DNA of 52,333 nt from Nitrososphaerota archaeon (GTDB lineage: Archaea; Thermoproteota; Nitrososphaeria; Nitrososphaerales; Nitrosopumilaceae). The stretch lies in contig JAEFDA010000104.1 in assembly GCA_016126025.1 (NCBI GenBank), forward strand, positions 1 to 52,333, given 5' to 3'. Positions 34,808 to 44,351 of this stretch are shown piece after piece; positions within the stretch are counted from its first letter, which is position 1; the number at the start of each line of letters is the position of its first letter. The position numbers were made by a program, and so were the translations under genes. The notes below the pieces were generated by a model. That model saw only the letters and a list, made by a program, of their open reading frames with translations. It was not told the origin of the DNA and did no database searches.

Positions 34808-36232
34808 ATGTCACATTATCAAACTGCTGTGTTTTATATATGGAAGAATGCAATAGGTTACGTGTATGCCATCACATATGCCGTGTTGATAGCATGTCTG
34901 CTCGCAGCCGGAGCCGTTGCTCCTGCCTTGGGTGCCCAACTGGAGATAGAGCTGGATCCCAATGTCGACTCGGCGCCGTTCAAGATGACATACCAAAGGA
35001 CGGCGTTCATAGAGTACGAGCCGGGCGGTAACGTGGCGGCTTTTCTGGACGGTACTAAGATGGCGCTGGAGGGCGCCGCCGGCCCCGAGGATCTGGCGGT
35101 GCAGCGGCTCGCCGCCAACCTCAACGAAAAGATACGATCTGATCGTAGCGTGGCCAGCGTCGACAATCTGAGCGTCGAGTACGGATTTTACATGACGGGG
35201 CGGGACGCCAACACCTCGCTGGACTTTAGGGTGGTGCTGACGGGAAACATAGTGGAATATGTCATAGTACAGGACCAGCAAAAGACTCTGGTGGATCTGG
35301 GGTGGAGGGGACTCAGCTTGGACGGGCCCGTGGTGATAGACGGGGTGGATGTGAACATACCGCTGAATATGCTGCGCGACCACGAGCCGGCGATATATGA
35401 GCTGGTACGGGACACCGACGCCGGCAGCATACTTTCAATGCCGCTGATAAACGCCGACTTTATTCTGGAGATGCCCATGGCAAGCTGGCACTTTCTGTTT
35501 GATCCCACCGGAATAATAGAGGACTCCAAAAAAGTTGGCCTGTCCGACGAGCTGGCCGGGCGCGTGATCTCGGGGTGGTCGATGGGCACCAGCGACATAT
35601 TCATCAGGCAGGTGGAGCGGGAGTGGAGCGCGACCGTCGACGGAGGATCCCATCCGGCCATACCGGGGGAGGTCTCATACGATTTGGTTGCCCGGCAGGC
35701 AGCCGACAGCGGCAACATAGACATCGTGGGCTTTGGCTCCCTTGACATGCTGGATGGCGTGGAGATAGCGGGGGTGACGGCCGAGGCGCCGGAGGGATTT
35801 GGTGACCCGGCCACCGGAGACTTTCCGGTCTTTATCATATATGGAATGGCGGGAATGGCGGCCGTGGGCGGGGGAGCCTTCTTCATGTTCAGCAACCGCG
35901 CCCTGAAGAACGAGAAGCGGGGCCAGCAGGGGATCGACCCCGGCCTGCTGGTGAGCCACCAGACCAGCGCCGCCTCCGGCGGCTACCGGACCAACCGCGG
36001 GGAGGCCCACCTCAGGGACTTTGCAGACTACCAGCAGACCCGCAGCTACTACGACGAGGCGGGGCCGCCGCCCGCGCAGGATATCCTGCCGCCCGCCCCG
36101 GCATCCGCCGGGGATACAGCTTGCGCCTGCGCCGTGTCAGCCGGGATGGATTCGGAGTGCGACTGCCAAATGCGGGGATCCTGCTTGTGCGACGCTGCGT
36201 GCGGGTGCCCGGCGGAGACGTGCCGGGGATAG
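34808..36232 (+). CDS. Bitopic membrane/exported hypothetical protein with a Cys-rich cytoplasmic tail
   Basis: ATG at 34808; an alternative GTG at 34862 sits about 27 nt after TTTTATATA. N-terminal 'ITYAVLIACLLAAGAVAPALGA'; C-proximal TM 'FPVFIIYGMAGMAAVGGGAFFMF'. The last 39 aa contain 9 Cys, arranged as CxC pairs. Confidence 0.7.
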   Translation: MSHYQTAVFYIWKNAIGYVYAITYAVLIACLLAAGAVAPALGAQLEIELDPNVDSAPFKMTYQRTAFIEYEPGGNVAAFLDGTKMALEGAAGPEDLAVQRLAANLNEKIRSDRSVASVDNLSVEYGFYMTGRDANTSLDFRVVLTGNIVEYVIVQDQQKTLVDLGWRGLSLDGPVVIDGVDVNIPLNMLRDHEPAIYELVRDTDAGSILSMPLINADFILEMPMASWHFLFDPTGIIEDSKKVGLSDELAGRVISGWSMGTSDIFIRQVEREWSATVDGGSHPAIPGEVSYDLVARQAADSGNIDIVGFGSLDMLDGVEIAGVTAEAPEGFGDPATGDFPVFIIYGMAGMAAVGGGAFFMFSNRALKNEKRGQQGIDPGLLVSHQTSAASGGYRTNRGEAHLRDFADYQQTRSYYDEAGPPPAQDILPPAPASAGDTACACAVSAGMDSECDCQMRGSCLCDAACGCPAETCRG

Positions 36233-36485
36233 TGCGCATAATCAAATAGATGCGATCGTATAATAAATGCTAGAATTAAGATCAAATAACCCATGTACAA
36301 AACGCGCCGAACGGACATAATGCTAACGCTGCACGCTCCCGGCCGGCGGCCGGGATCGCCTCGGGGGACTGTCACGGCAGGCGCGGAGATGAAAGGCCGG
36401 GAGAGCACAGTTAACGAAAAAGTGGTGAAATAAGGATGATCTACATTTGATACTGGGATCAAATCTGAGCACGCAGAAAATAGCG

Positions 36486-36670
36486 GCGGCATCTGGTTAT
36501 CGTTCCCAGACCAACGGCAAGCCGGGGCGATTCCACAAAAGCCTAGAAGACGAAATCCGGAACTACCCCGATCTGGACTACCATATCAAGTACTGTAACA
36601 CCGACCGGCTGCGCTGGACATGGACGATGAGACGCCGCCGATGGCATTTACCAACAGGCGGACCGGCTAG
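36486..36670 (+). pseudogene. rve (integrase-core) transposase C-terminal remnant
   Basis: 'SGYRSQTNGKPGRFHKSLEDEI' matches the 'P.TNGK.ERFh.tLk.E' motif. The expected 'YN..RPH..L......TP..AF' end is present only after a frameshift ('LDMDDETPPMAFTNR'). Confidence 0.7.
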
Positions 36671-36789
36671 GGGACTAGGGCGCGCAACCCAGACTGTAGA
36701 AAATCCATGGCTGATGGTCAAAACGGGGCGCGACATGATTTTCATACACTACAGGCCCCAGAGGATAGACAGGAAGATGCTGAATGACT

Positions 36790-37287
36790 TTGACAGGTGT
36801 CCGGAGTGCGGCAAGTACAACATCTCGCACGTGGTGGAGTCGTACGACAGGGCGGTCTAGATGGAGCACACCATAACGGAGAACGTCAAGATCATTACCA
36901 CCGCCGGTACTGCCGCTACTGCAAGGGACTGGTCTCCAGAACCGTGCCCGGTGTGGCCCCCAACGCACCGTCTCGGCCAGCAAGTCTGCCGCCATGGTGA
37001 AGCTGAAGGACGACGGCCAAGGCACCATAAAGCGGTACAGAAAGAGATGCAGGAGGGAAGGGTACTATCTCAGCACGTTCCTCCGGAAGGAGGGGATAAA
37101 ATCCGGCAGCAACGGCGTGGAACGGGTTAACCGGAGGTTCGTGGCGGTGCGGAGCGGCGGGGGCGGGAACCGGACCCAGAGGGGAATTGACGCCAACTCC
37201 GTGCTGTTCGCCATAATGGCCACCGACTGGATAAACGGAAAAAACCTCTACGAGCACTTGGTGAGATCAACGTCCGGCGACGAATAG
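36790..37287 (+). pseudogene. Frameshifted transposase remnant (Zn-ribbon + C-terminal 'SNGVERVN' segment), family unclear
   Basis: 'RCPECGKYN' and 'RRYCRYCKG' lie in two different frames. Downstream is 'GSNGVERVNRRF', the kind of N-x-x-E-x-x-N motif seen near the C-termini of several DDE transposase families. Confidence 0.5.
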
Positions 37288-37460
37288 CGCGCCGGATACA
37301 TGACCGTTCCAAAAAACCGACATCACAAGGCAGTCTGCGCACTACCCCTCACTCGTCAAGATTGATTAGATCACTTCAAAAAGCAAAACGGTTACCATGA
37401 TACGGATATTGTTGATGGTTTACCAGATCCCCCCGTGTTTGTCCGAGAACAAACCCCTGC

Positions 37461-37542
37461 GGGTACATGCATGCACATACGAGCACATACGAGCACATTG
37501 TAGACATCCTGCTTATATCATTCATTCTAAGCTGTCCGTACA
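37461..37542 (+). repeat. Copy A of a duplicated promoter block: phased decamers (GAGCACATAC) + TATA box
   Basis: GGGTACATGC ATGCACATAC GAGCACATAC GAGCACATTG, then TAGACATCCTGCTTATATCATTCATTCTAAGCTGTCCGTACA. About 90% identical by eye over about 58 nt to 39191-39248. Confidence 0.85.
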
Positions 37543-37779
37543 ATGATCACGAAAAATACGATGCTAGATATCGTGCGTGACACGGTTTTGGCGTGGAAGT
37601 GCTACAGGTGCAACCTCTACTTCAAGGACGAGGCGCACGCGTACATGCACAAGGTTGTGATGAACCACCCGGTGGTCAAGATACAGTTGCCTGGTGTAGC
37701 GCAGAGGGCGGGACTTGAGTCCACGAGCTCCCAAGGGAACGGCCCCAAAGGCCGGCCTATCCATGCGGGGGAGGGGTGA
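37543..37779 (+). CDS. Small C2H2 zinc-finger protein
   Basis: 78 aa. 'CYRCNLYFKDEAHAYMHKVVMNH' fits C-x2-C-x12-H-x5-H. The TATA box CTTATATC is centred about 28 nt upstream of the ATG. Confidence 0.6.
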   Translation: MITKNTMLDIVRDTVLAWKCYRCNLYFKDEAHAYMHKVVMNHPVVKIQLPGVAQRAGLESTSSQGNGPKGRPIHAGEG

Positions 37780-37832
37780 GCCGTCACGGAGGCCGAAGGG
37801 TATATTGATCGTAGATGCGTACACTACCCGAT

Positions 37833-38870
37833 ATGAACACTGCAATCAAGAAACGCATACGGAAGACCAAGGATACCAACGTGCGGGACCGCCTGAGGCT
37901 GGTCGGCGACATCCAGGAGAGTGGGAACATAACCCAGGCGGCTAAGAAGCTGAGCATGAGCCAGCCTTGGGGTTCCAAATAGTGGGCCCGCTACAAGAAG
38001 TATGGTTTTGGCGGACTGGAGGACCGCCCCAGAAGTGGCAGGCCACCCAAGGTGGCCGGGGACAAGATAGACGAGGCGGTCACCCAGTCCCCCACACGGA
38101 CGTCGGACGGCCTCCTTGATCATATAGAGAGGAAGACGGAGTGCGGTACTGCCCCGGATACGGCGGCATACTTCTGGAATGGCGGGGATGCTCGCTTAAG
38201 GTCGCCGTCAAGCGGCACGTCAGTCGGGCCCCGCTCGCAGACATAAAGAAATTCCAGAGGAATATACGGCGCAGGATCAAGCGATGCCAGAAGAAAGGTA
38301 TGCCCGTGCTGGTGCAAGACGAGGCGGTATTCGTAGCCGACGCCCGCCCGGGGCGGGTGTACACGCCCCACGGAATACGAGCTGCCTGCCACGTCTCCGG
38401 AACGCACGACCGAACTATAGTGTACGGGGTGCTGGGCCTGGACGACGGGCAGCTCTTCCGGCAGTACGACAAGTTCAACGGTGATACCTTTGCTGAGTAC
38501 ATCAAAGAGGTGAAGAAGGAGTTCGAGCGGAGCCCCATGATAGTGGACCGCGCGCCGCAGCACAAGGCCGGTGTAGCGGGCGAGACGCTCACTTGTGTAT
38601 TCGTCGTCCGCATATGGTCGGGTTATCTCGCGTTTTGCTACCCACCGATAGCCGTTTCAGGGGAATGACCGGCATCGCCCGGCGTTCCTTCCGGCGGCCT
38701 CGTCGGAGCTGAGCGCCGTCGAGTAGTGCTGGAGGCAGTCCAAAAAGGACCTGCTGAAGGTGTCCTATGTCCCCCTGAGCAGGCTGCGCCAAACCATCGA
38801 CGAGTGCTTTGTGGGCAAGACGTTCGGCCTGGACATACTAAAGTACCTGATGCGTTCCTTCAGGCGATGC
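37833..38870 (+). mobile_element. Degenerate IS630-family transposase gene (two in-frame TAG stops, at least two frame changes)
   Basis: HTH 'GNITQAAKKLSMSQPWGSK*WARYKKYGFGGLEDRPRSGRPPKV' with a TAG at 37980. The frame changes near 38135 ('GVRYCPGYGGILLEW..'). DDE core 'VLVQDEAVF' and 'MIVDRAPQHKA'. The end 'SELSAVE*CWRQSKKDL' has a TAG at 38724. Confidence 0.8.
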
Positions 38871-39140
38871 GGCGCCGCCCAGATGCGCCCGTACCGGGGA
38901 GGCTGCGCCCGATATTCCAGTAGAATGGGAGATCTGGGGCGCCCCGTACGGTACCACAGCAAAACCACCCCCGCATCAGGCCCGCATGGTGCGGCAACGC
39001 CGCGCCGGAGCCTGCTTTCCCTCATATTTCGTGTCGTCCGGTTCATTTAGGCAGATGTATGGTAGTTTTGGAGCATTAATGGTTAATTCCAATCATATCC
39101 CGATCACGAACTTAGTCACCCCGGCATAGTCAAATCCTCG

Positions 39141-39356
39141 GGCACATACGAACACATACGAACACATACGGGCACTATGGACACATGTGTGCACATTGTA
39201 GACATGCTGCTTATATTATTATTCTAAGTTGTCCGTGCAATGATTACTAGAAAGGCAACCGCGCCAAACTCAGTCTTTGCCATCGACACGATTGCGTGGC
39301 GTTTCACCTCGCGTATACGCATACCGCCCAGATGGGAACCCGACTGCCACCGATAG
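39141..39356 (+). pseudogene. Copy B of the duplicated promoter block plus a decayed 5' paralog of the C2H2 gene
   Basis: The decamers GGCACATACG AACACATACG AACACATACG ... and GCACATTGTAGACATGCTGCTTATAT are followed by the ATG at 39240. The 38-codon ORF 'MITRK...IDTIAWRFTSR' parallels 'MITKN...RDTVLAWKCYRC' but has lost the Cys ligands. Confidence 0.6.
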
Positions 39357-39674
39357 GGTTTTTTTGCGTTGACGTATGGCGACCGCCCGGTGCGGCAAGG
39401 ATTCAATCCGGGCGGCGCCGACTCCTTCAGGACGGCCGGTGGCCGTGCCATCCAACCTTGATGTCCGCTGTGCCGTTTATTGATCTTTTAATTAAATATT
39501 GATGACGCTCATATTTCGAATCGTGGGGGTAGTTTCAGCCCTTAACCACGTGGCCGGACCGAAAGAGATCCATATCCCAACATCTCCCGCGCCCCCATGG
39601 CAAGAGCCAGGATGCAAAAAGCGCCATCCGGACGCGGTCCACTTCTGGCTCTGTTCGTACTGTTTGCCGACAGC

Positions 39675-39805
39675 GCAGCAGCAGAACTTTTCCGGATGGT
39701 GCGATGGCACGGCGGGGTGTGTTGCCCCGACTGTGGGATGAATAACGTCACCAAATACTGCCTCTACCAGAAACACCTGCAGCGGTACACCTGCGGCCCG
39801 TCCGG
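39675..39805 (+). pseudogene. IS1595 (ISXO2-like) transposase N-terminal Zn-ribbon remnant
   Basis: 'AELFRMVRWHGGVCCPDCGMNNVTKYCLYQKHLQRYTC' fits the 'RWP.G..CP.CG......k......Y.C' N-terminus. No DDE domain follows. Confidence 0.6.
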
Positions 39806-40042
39806 ATATCCGACCCGCCGGTGGATGGCCGTGCCAGGGCGGACACCACGCCACCATGCCACCGGACCGGCCCGGCGCGGGCCGGGTGGCGCCCTGCAGT
39901 GGGTTCCCTCCCCCTGCTGCGGTTTTGATGCATATAAGATCATTATTACAGCAGCCTTAGGGCATGAGTTGCCGTATACCGCTCGAATCCGCGCGTAATT
40001 CCCAGGCCGCCATTTATGGGCGCAGTATAGTGTGCCGGGATA

Positions 40043-42574
40043 CTATGGCCGTATGTATTCGAAGAGATCGTCGCCGCTTATGTCGCCGCTCAGTATCAGG
40101 GTAAGCAGCACTATGGCCGCCCCGCTCAGCTCCCGCTCGTCCACTATATGCATGACGTCCTCCACCGAGGTGCTGCCGCCCTTCTGCGCCGCCTCCACCA
40201 CGCCTGCCAATGTCCGCAGGAACTCCATGTCCCCGGCCACACCCATCTCTTCGAGCATCTCCTCAAAGCTCACGCCGCAGTCGGTTACCTCCACATCGGC
40301 CATGTCTGCATCAGGTATGATTACCGTATCCGACATTGCAAAGACCCTGAGCGCCAGCGAGCAGGCATCCACGTCTGCTGTGGCCTCGGCCGGTATGGTT
40401 ATGGTGTCAGAGCCTGTCGCGTTGACCTCGGCAGTGTGCACCAGCCCGCCGGTCTCATAGCTCAGAAAGTACTGGAGCCTGTCGGCGTTGGTGGTGAATG
40501 CCCTAAACGAATATGATTCTCCGGCCACCAGATCCGGAGCCGACAGATCCACCACGTGCGGGAAGGCCGGACTGCCAAAGTCAGACCATATCCCCTTGGG
40601 GTAGGGGTACGACTCGTCCCGGAAGGCAGACAGCGTGGCGGTGCCGGCCTCGGTGTCTATGCTCGTCAGCGTGAAGGGTCCGTTGCCGATGTACGCGTGT
40701 CCGTGCCCATCGATCCAGGATATCGCCGCCCGGTACCGGTTCTCATAGTATTCGGCGTCCATGCCCACCAAGGATATGGGCATGGCCCCCTCCTCCAGGA
40801 ATGATGCCAGATACTCGCGTACCAGAGCGGTGTCGTCGGGATCAATCAGCGACAGCCACGGGACGCCGTGGGCCGTCGCCTCCGAACCGGAGAACTCTGC
40901 CCGGCCGTCCAGCACTATGCGCTCCATGGCATAGAATATCTCCCACGGCGTGCCGGTCCAGTACACCCCGGCGCCGGCCAGCTCGTCGGCATCAAATGTC
41001 CAGTAGTCCATGTACACCTCCATGGTGTTGTCGCCGGTCTGCCGGATGCCCACCAAATCCTCCAGGCCGGGCGTCTCCCGGTCGGTGTACTCTGCATCCC
41101 AGGTGGTATCGTCGTCCCCGGTGTAGGTGCCCCACTCGCCGCTAAAGTAAATCCCATACAGGACGTCCCTGATGTCTGTGGCCTGGCCGTGGTGCCAGTT
41201 GCTGAACGTGTAGTCCAACGTTACCATGGTGAGGGCCGTGGCGTTCTCGCCCACCTCTGCCCACCGCTGTTCGTACGGGTCCCACCGTATCGCATCAACG
41301 GGCACCTCCAGTGTTCCGTCGGGGCCGGCGGTAACCATCTGTCGCTGTACCGCGTGGGGTATGGTATCCACGTTGTGCGGGTGGGTCGTCGCCGAAGGGA
41401 TGCCCAGCGGGCCCACCACATCCCCGCTGTACACATCGCCGAACCCGGCCACCGGGTTCCAGGAGGACTGGGTGAGATGCTTTACGCCCACCCGGAGGCT
41501 GTCGGAGGGGGTCTGAACGTTGGTGAGCGTAAGGCTGTGGGATATGCCGCTTGTCACGTGGTTTATGATGCCGTTTGTATGATCGGCGGCCACATACGTA
41601 TCGGACTGCGCTGCCAGAAAGATCCGGACCGACTCCTGCAGCCCCAGAACGACGCCCTTCTGGACCAGCTGGGTACGGTGCTCCCCGTCTGTGTACTCTT
41701 CTCTGAATATGGTCTGCGTGACGTTGTCCAGCTCGGCGTGTTCATAATTCCAGAACTCTGGGTTCTGGCTGCCGGGCATCCTGCCGGCCCAGGGGGCATA
41801 AAAAGCGGCCAGGCTGCTGTCGTCATATTTGTCGAAACCGCTTCCCCAACCCTCGGTGTACACGTGCCACTCAAGCATGCTGGGATCCGCGTTGTACACA
41901 CCGGCGTAGGCCTGCGCCAAGTCCCCGTATGTGCGCTCCACCGCAAACCCGGCATCCTCCAGAGCCGATGCCAGGGTCTCGCCTATGTTCAGCCGGATGC
42001 GGTCGTCGCCGCGTATGAATACGATGATCCCCACAGGCTCGCCGTCGACCATCCACACCCCGTCCTCCATGACGGCCCCGGCGCCGGTCATCGCCTTGTC
42101 GATTATGGACTGCGCCAGTACTGGATCATGCCTGATGACAAACGACTCTGCCGCCTCCAAGGTCCTGGCGTAGTCTGGGTGGTAGGGCTCAAAGGGCGTC
42201 ACTATCGGGGACCCGTACCCGCCCAGAACCTCGTCCACTATGCGCTCCCGATCCACCAAATGATGCACCGCGAACCTTACCGGGCTCAGCTGGAACGGAT
42301 TGAACTGCTCTCCCTCGGCCGGATTCAGCAGCAGGCTCAGGGAGCCGCCAACGGGTGCCTCAAATACCCTGATGCCTGTCTGGTCCTCCACCAGGTGGTG
42401 CGGAACGGCCCAGTAGTGTATGTCCAGCGTGCCGTTTCGCACCGCGTTCACGGCCTGCTCCTCATCGCCGACCCGCAGAAATGTTACGGTGTCCACGTAG
42501 GGCTCGGCCGCGGCCGACACCGCCGCTCCTGCCAGCGCCAGGGCCAATAGTGGAAGGGCGGCTATATGCAACAT
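40043..42574 (-). CDS. ABC-type oligopeptide/dipeptide/nickel family-5 solute-binding protein with a long C-terminal extension
   Basis: The ATG at 42574 gives signal 'MLHIAALPLLALALAGAAVSAAA'. 'LLLNPAEGEQFNPFQLSPVRFAVHHLVDRERIVDEVLGGYGSP' is typical of SBP_bac_5. There are about 250 extra C-terminal residues. A TATA-like ATAAAAAT element lies about 26 nt upstream. Confidence 0.82.
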   Translation of the reverse strand: MLHIAALPLLALALAGAAVSAAAEPYVDTVTFLRVGDEEQAVNAVRNGTLDIHYWAVPHHLVEDQTGIRVFEAPVGGSLSLLLNPAEGEQFNPFQLSPVRFAVHHLVDRERIVDEVLGGYGSPIVTPFEPYHPDYARTLEAAESFVIRHDPVLAQSIIDKAMTGAGAVMEDGVWMVDGEPVGIIVFIRGDDRIRLNIGETLASALEDAGFAVERTYGDLAQAYAGVYNADPSMLEWHVYTEGWGSGFDKYDDSSLAAFYAPWAGRMPGSQNPEFWNYEHAELDNVTQTIFREEYTDGEHRTQLVQKGVVLGLQESVRIFLAAQSDTYVAADHTNGIINHVTSGISHSLTLTNVQTPSDSLRVGVKHLTQSSWNPVAGFGDVYSGDVVGPLGIPSATTHPHNVDTIPHAVQRQMVTAGPDGTLEVPVDAIRWDPYEQRWAEVGENATALTMVTLDYTFSNWHHGQATDIRDVLYGIYFSGEWGTYTGDDDTTWDAEYTDRETPGLEDLVGIRQTGDNTMEVYMDYWTFDADELAGAGVYWTGTPWEIFYAMERIVLDGRAEFSGSEATAHGVPWLSLIDPDDTALVREYLASFLEEGAMPISLVGMDAEYYENRYRAAISWIDGHGHAYIGNGPFTLTSIDTEAGTATLSAFRDESYPYPKGIWSDFGSPAFPHVVDLSAPDLVAGESYSFRAFTTNADRLQYFLSYETGGLVHTAEVNATGSDTITIPAEATADVDACSLALRVFAMSDTVIIPDADMADVEVTDCGVSFEEMLEEMGVAGDMEFLRTLAGVVEAAQKGGSTSVEDVMHIVDERELSGAAIVLLTLILSGDISGDDLFEYIRP

Positions 42575-43025
42575 CGGGGATGCTATTGGCTGAACATAAA
42601 AATGCAACTAGGCCGGCGGAGAGACTTATTCCAGTGAATCCGTGGCAACATGCGCACTGGAGCGGTCCGTTCCTGCTGAAATCTGCCCGAGACAGGCCGC
42701 GAGTCGGCGAGTGTTGCGCCGCCGCGCCCTTTCACCTTCCTGGCCAAGCCCCTAGGCGGACCCGTGTCCCGGAGTAACATTTCAGGCCAAGCCGGTTCTT
42801 GGACGAACACGGGAGCCGGCGGGCCGCGTAGCCAAATCGCGTTGTACGTTTTCAGCCTCCCGGGCCATTCCCCCAAAGCGCTCCCTGCGTCTCCGGATCA
42901 GCCTTGGCCTCGTACTCAGGGTCCTCACGCACGCGATGTGGATCCGGCCCGTGTACGGCCCCTTCACACTCTTCCAGTCCGTCTCGGATTCATAGACTCA
43001 TCCGCGTACCCGCACCACGCATACC

Positions 43026-44351
43026 CTACCAAAAGTCGTCCACCTGGTTCAGCGTCCCGTACTCTTTGAGGCGCGACTTTCCCATGAACTTCAGCCTGGC
43101 TATGTCCCGGTCGAATATGGTGTCCTCGATCCAGTCCAGCGCCACCCTGACCCGCTTGGAGAAGGTGGGCACCTTGGAGAGGTAGATGTTCCTCCACAGC
43201 ATCCAGGCTATTATGCCCTGTATGTTCAGGCCAAACACGGAGGCTATCCCGGCGCGCTTTCCTATTATGGCCATCTGCCCCCGGGGCGAATACGAGAACT
43301 TTTTCATCTCTCTGCCGTTTATCGCCGCGTTCAGGTTGGCGGCCACGCTCTTGGCCTGCGCCTCGGCCAGCTGGGCGGTGGGCGCGTACGGCCGGCCCGT
43401 GGCCGGATCCACGGACAGGGCGCAGTCGCCGGCGGCAAAGACCCCCGGGTACCCCTCCGCCTCCAGGTACTCGTCCACCACCATCTTTCCCCGTTCCGTC
43501 TTGAAGATGGACCTCTTTATCGTGTTGACGGGGGTGACGCCGGCGGTCCATATCAGGGTCTTGGTGTACAGGCGGCCGGCCTCCCCCGTATCCAGATCCT
43601 TGGTGGCGACCTCGTTGCCGTCAAAGCCGGTCACCGCGGTCCTGAGCATTATGCGGATGCCCTCCCGGACCATGCGGTTCTGCGCGAACGAGGCCAGCTT
43701 CTCGGAGAACCCCGGCAGTATGGAGGGCAGCGCCTCGAGCACCAGCACCTTCACCTCCTTGGGCCGCACGCCGGGGTAGTGCTTGAGCGCGTCGGCCAGC
43801 AGGTCGTTCAGCTCGCCGGCCGTCTCTATACCAGCAAAGCCCCCGCCCACCACCACGAAGGTCAGCAGGCTCCTCTTCACATCGATGTCGGTCTCGTTGT
43901 CGGCCTGCTCCAGCATGTCTATGACCCGGTTCCGCACCGACACGGCGTCGTTGAGCGTCTTCATCTGGAAGGCGTTGGCCTCCAGGTCGCCCATCCCAAA
44001 AAAGTTGGTCTCACTGCCCAGCGCCACCACCAGATAGTCGTAGTCCAGCGTCACGCCCCTCTTCTCGGGCGTCCCCCAGACGCTCACCTTCCGCGCCACC
44101 GGGTCTATGTTCTTCACCCGGCCCTCATAAAACCGGGCCTTCTTCAGGATGGTGCGGATGGGCATCACTATGTTGCGGGTCTGGATGGTGCCCGAGGCGA
44201 CCTGGGGCAGCATCGGGGTGAACAGCAGAAAGTTGTCCTCGCTGATCATGACTATCTCGGTATCCGAGTTGCTGCTCAGCCCCCTCTGCAGCTGCTTGAC
44301 GCACTCCACCCCGGCGAACCCCCCGCCCAGAACCACTATCCGGGCCATCAC
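43026..44351 (-). CDS. ndh: Type II NADH dehydrogenase (NDH-2), FAD-dependent pyridine nucleotide-disulfide oxidoreductase
   Basis: 441 aa with two Rossmann motifs, 'RIVVLGGGFAGVE' and 'FVVVGGGFAGIETAGEL', plus 'VFAAGDCA'. Confidence 0.9.
   Translation of the reverse strand: MMARIVVLGGGFAGVECVKQLQRGLSSNSDTEIVMISEDNFLLFTPMLPQVASGTIQTRNIVMPIRTILKKARFYEGRVKNIDPVARKVSVWGTPEKRGVTLDYDYLVVALGSETNFFGMGDLEANAFQMKTLNDAVSVRNRVIDMLEQADNETDIDVKRSLLTFVVVGGGFAGIETAGELNDLLADALKHYPGVRPKEVKVLVLEALPSILPGFSEKLASFAQNRMVREGIRIMLRTAVTGFDGNEVATKDLDTGEAGRLYTKTLIWTAGVTPVNTIKRSIFKTERGKMVVDEYLEAEGYPGVFAAGDCALSVDPATGRPYAPTAQLAEAQAKSVAANLNAAINGREMKKFSYSPRGQMAIIGKRAGIASVFGLNIQGIIAWMLWRNIYLSKVPTFSKRVRVALDWIEDTIFDRDIARLKFMGKSRLKEYGTLNQVDDFW

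Noticed and set aside
37980-38726. Both premature stops in the IS630 transposase gene are TAG. I considered stop-codon recoding such as pyrrolysine or programmed read-through.
   Set aside because: The same gene also needs at least two frame changes and has a disrupted segment before the PYSP-type motif, so ordinary pseudogene decay explains it. Nothing in the window suggests Pyl machinery.
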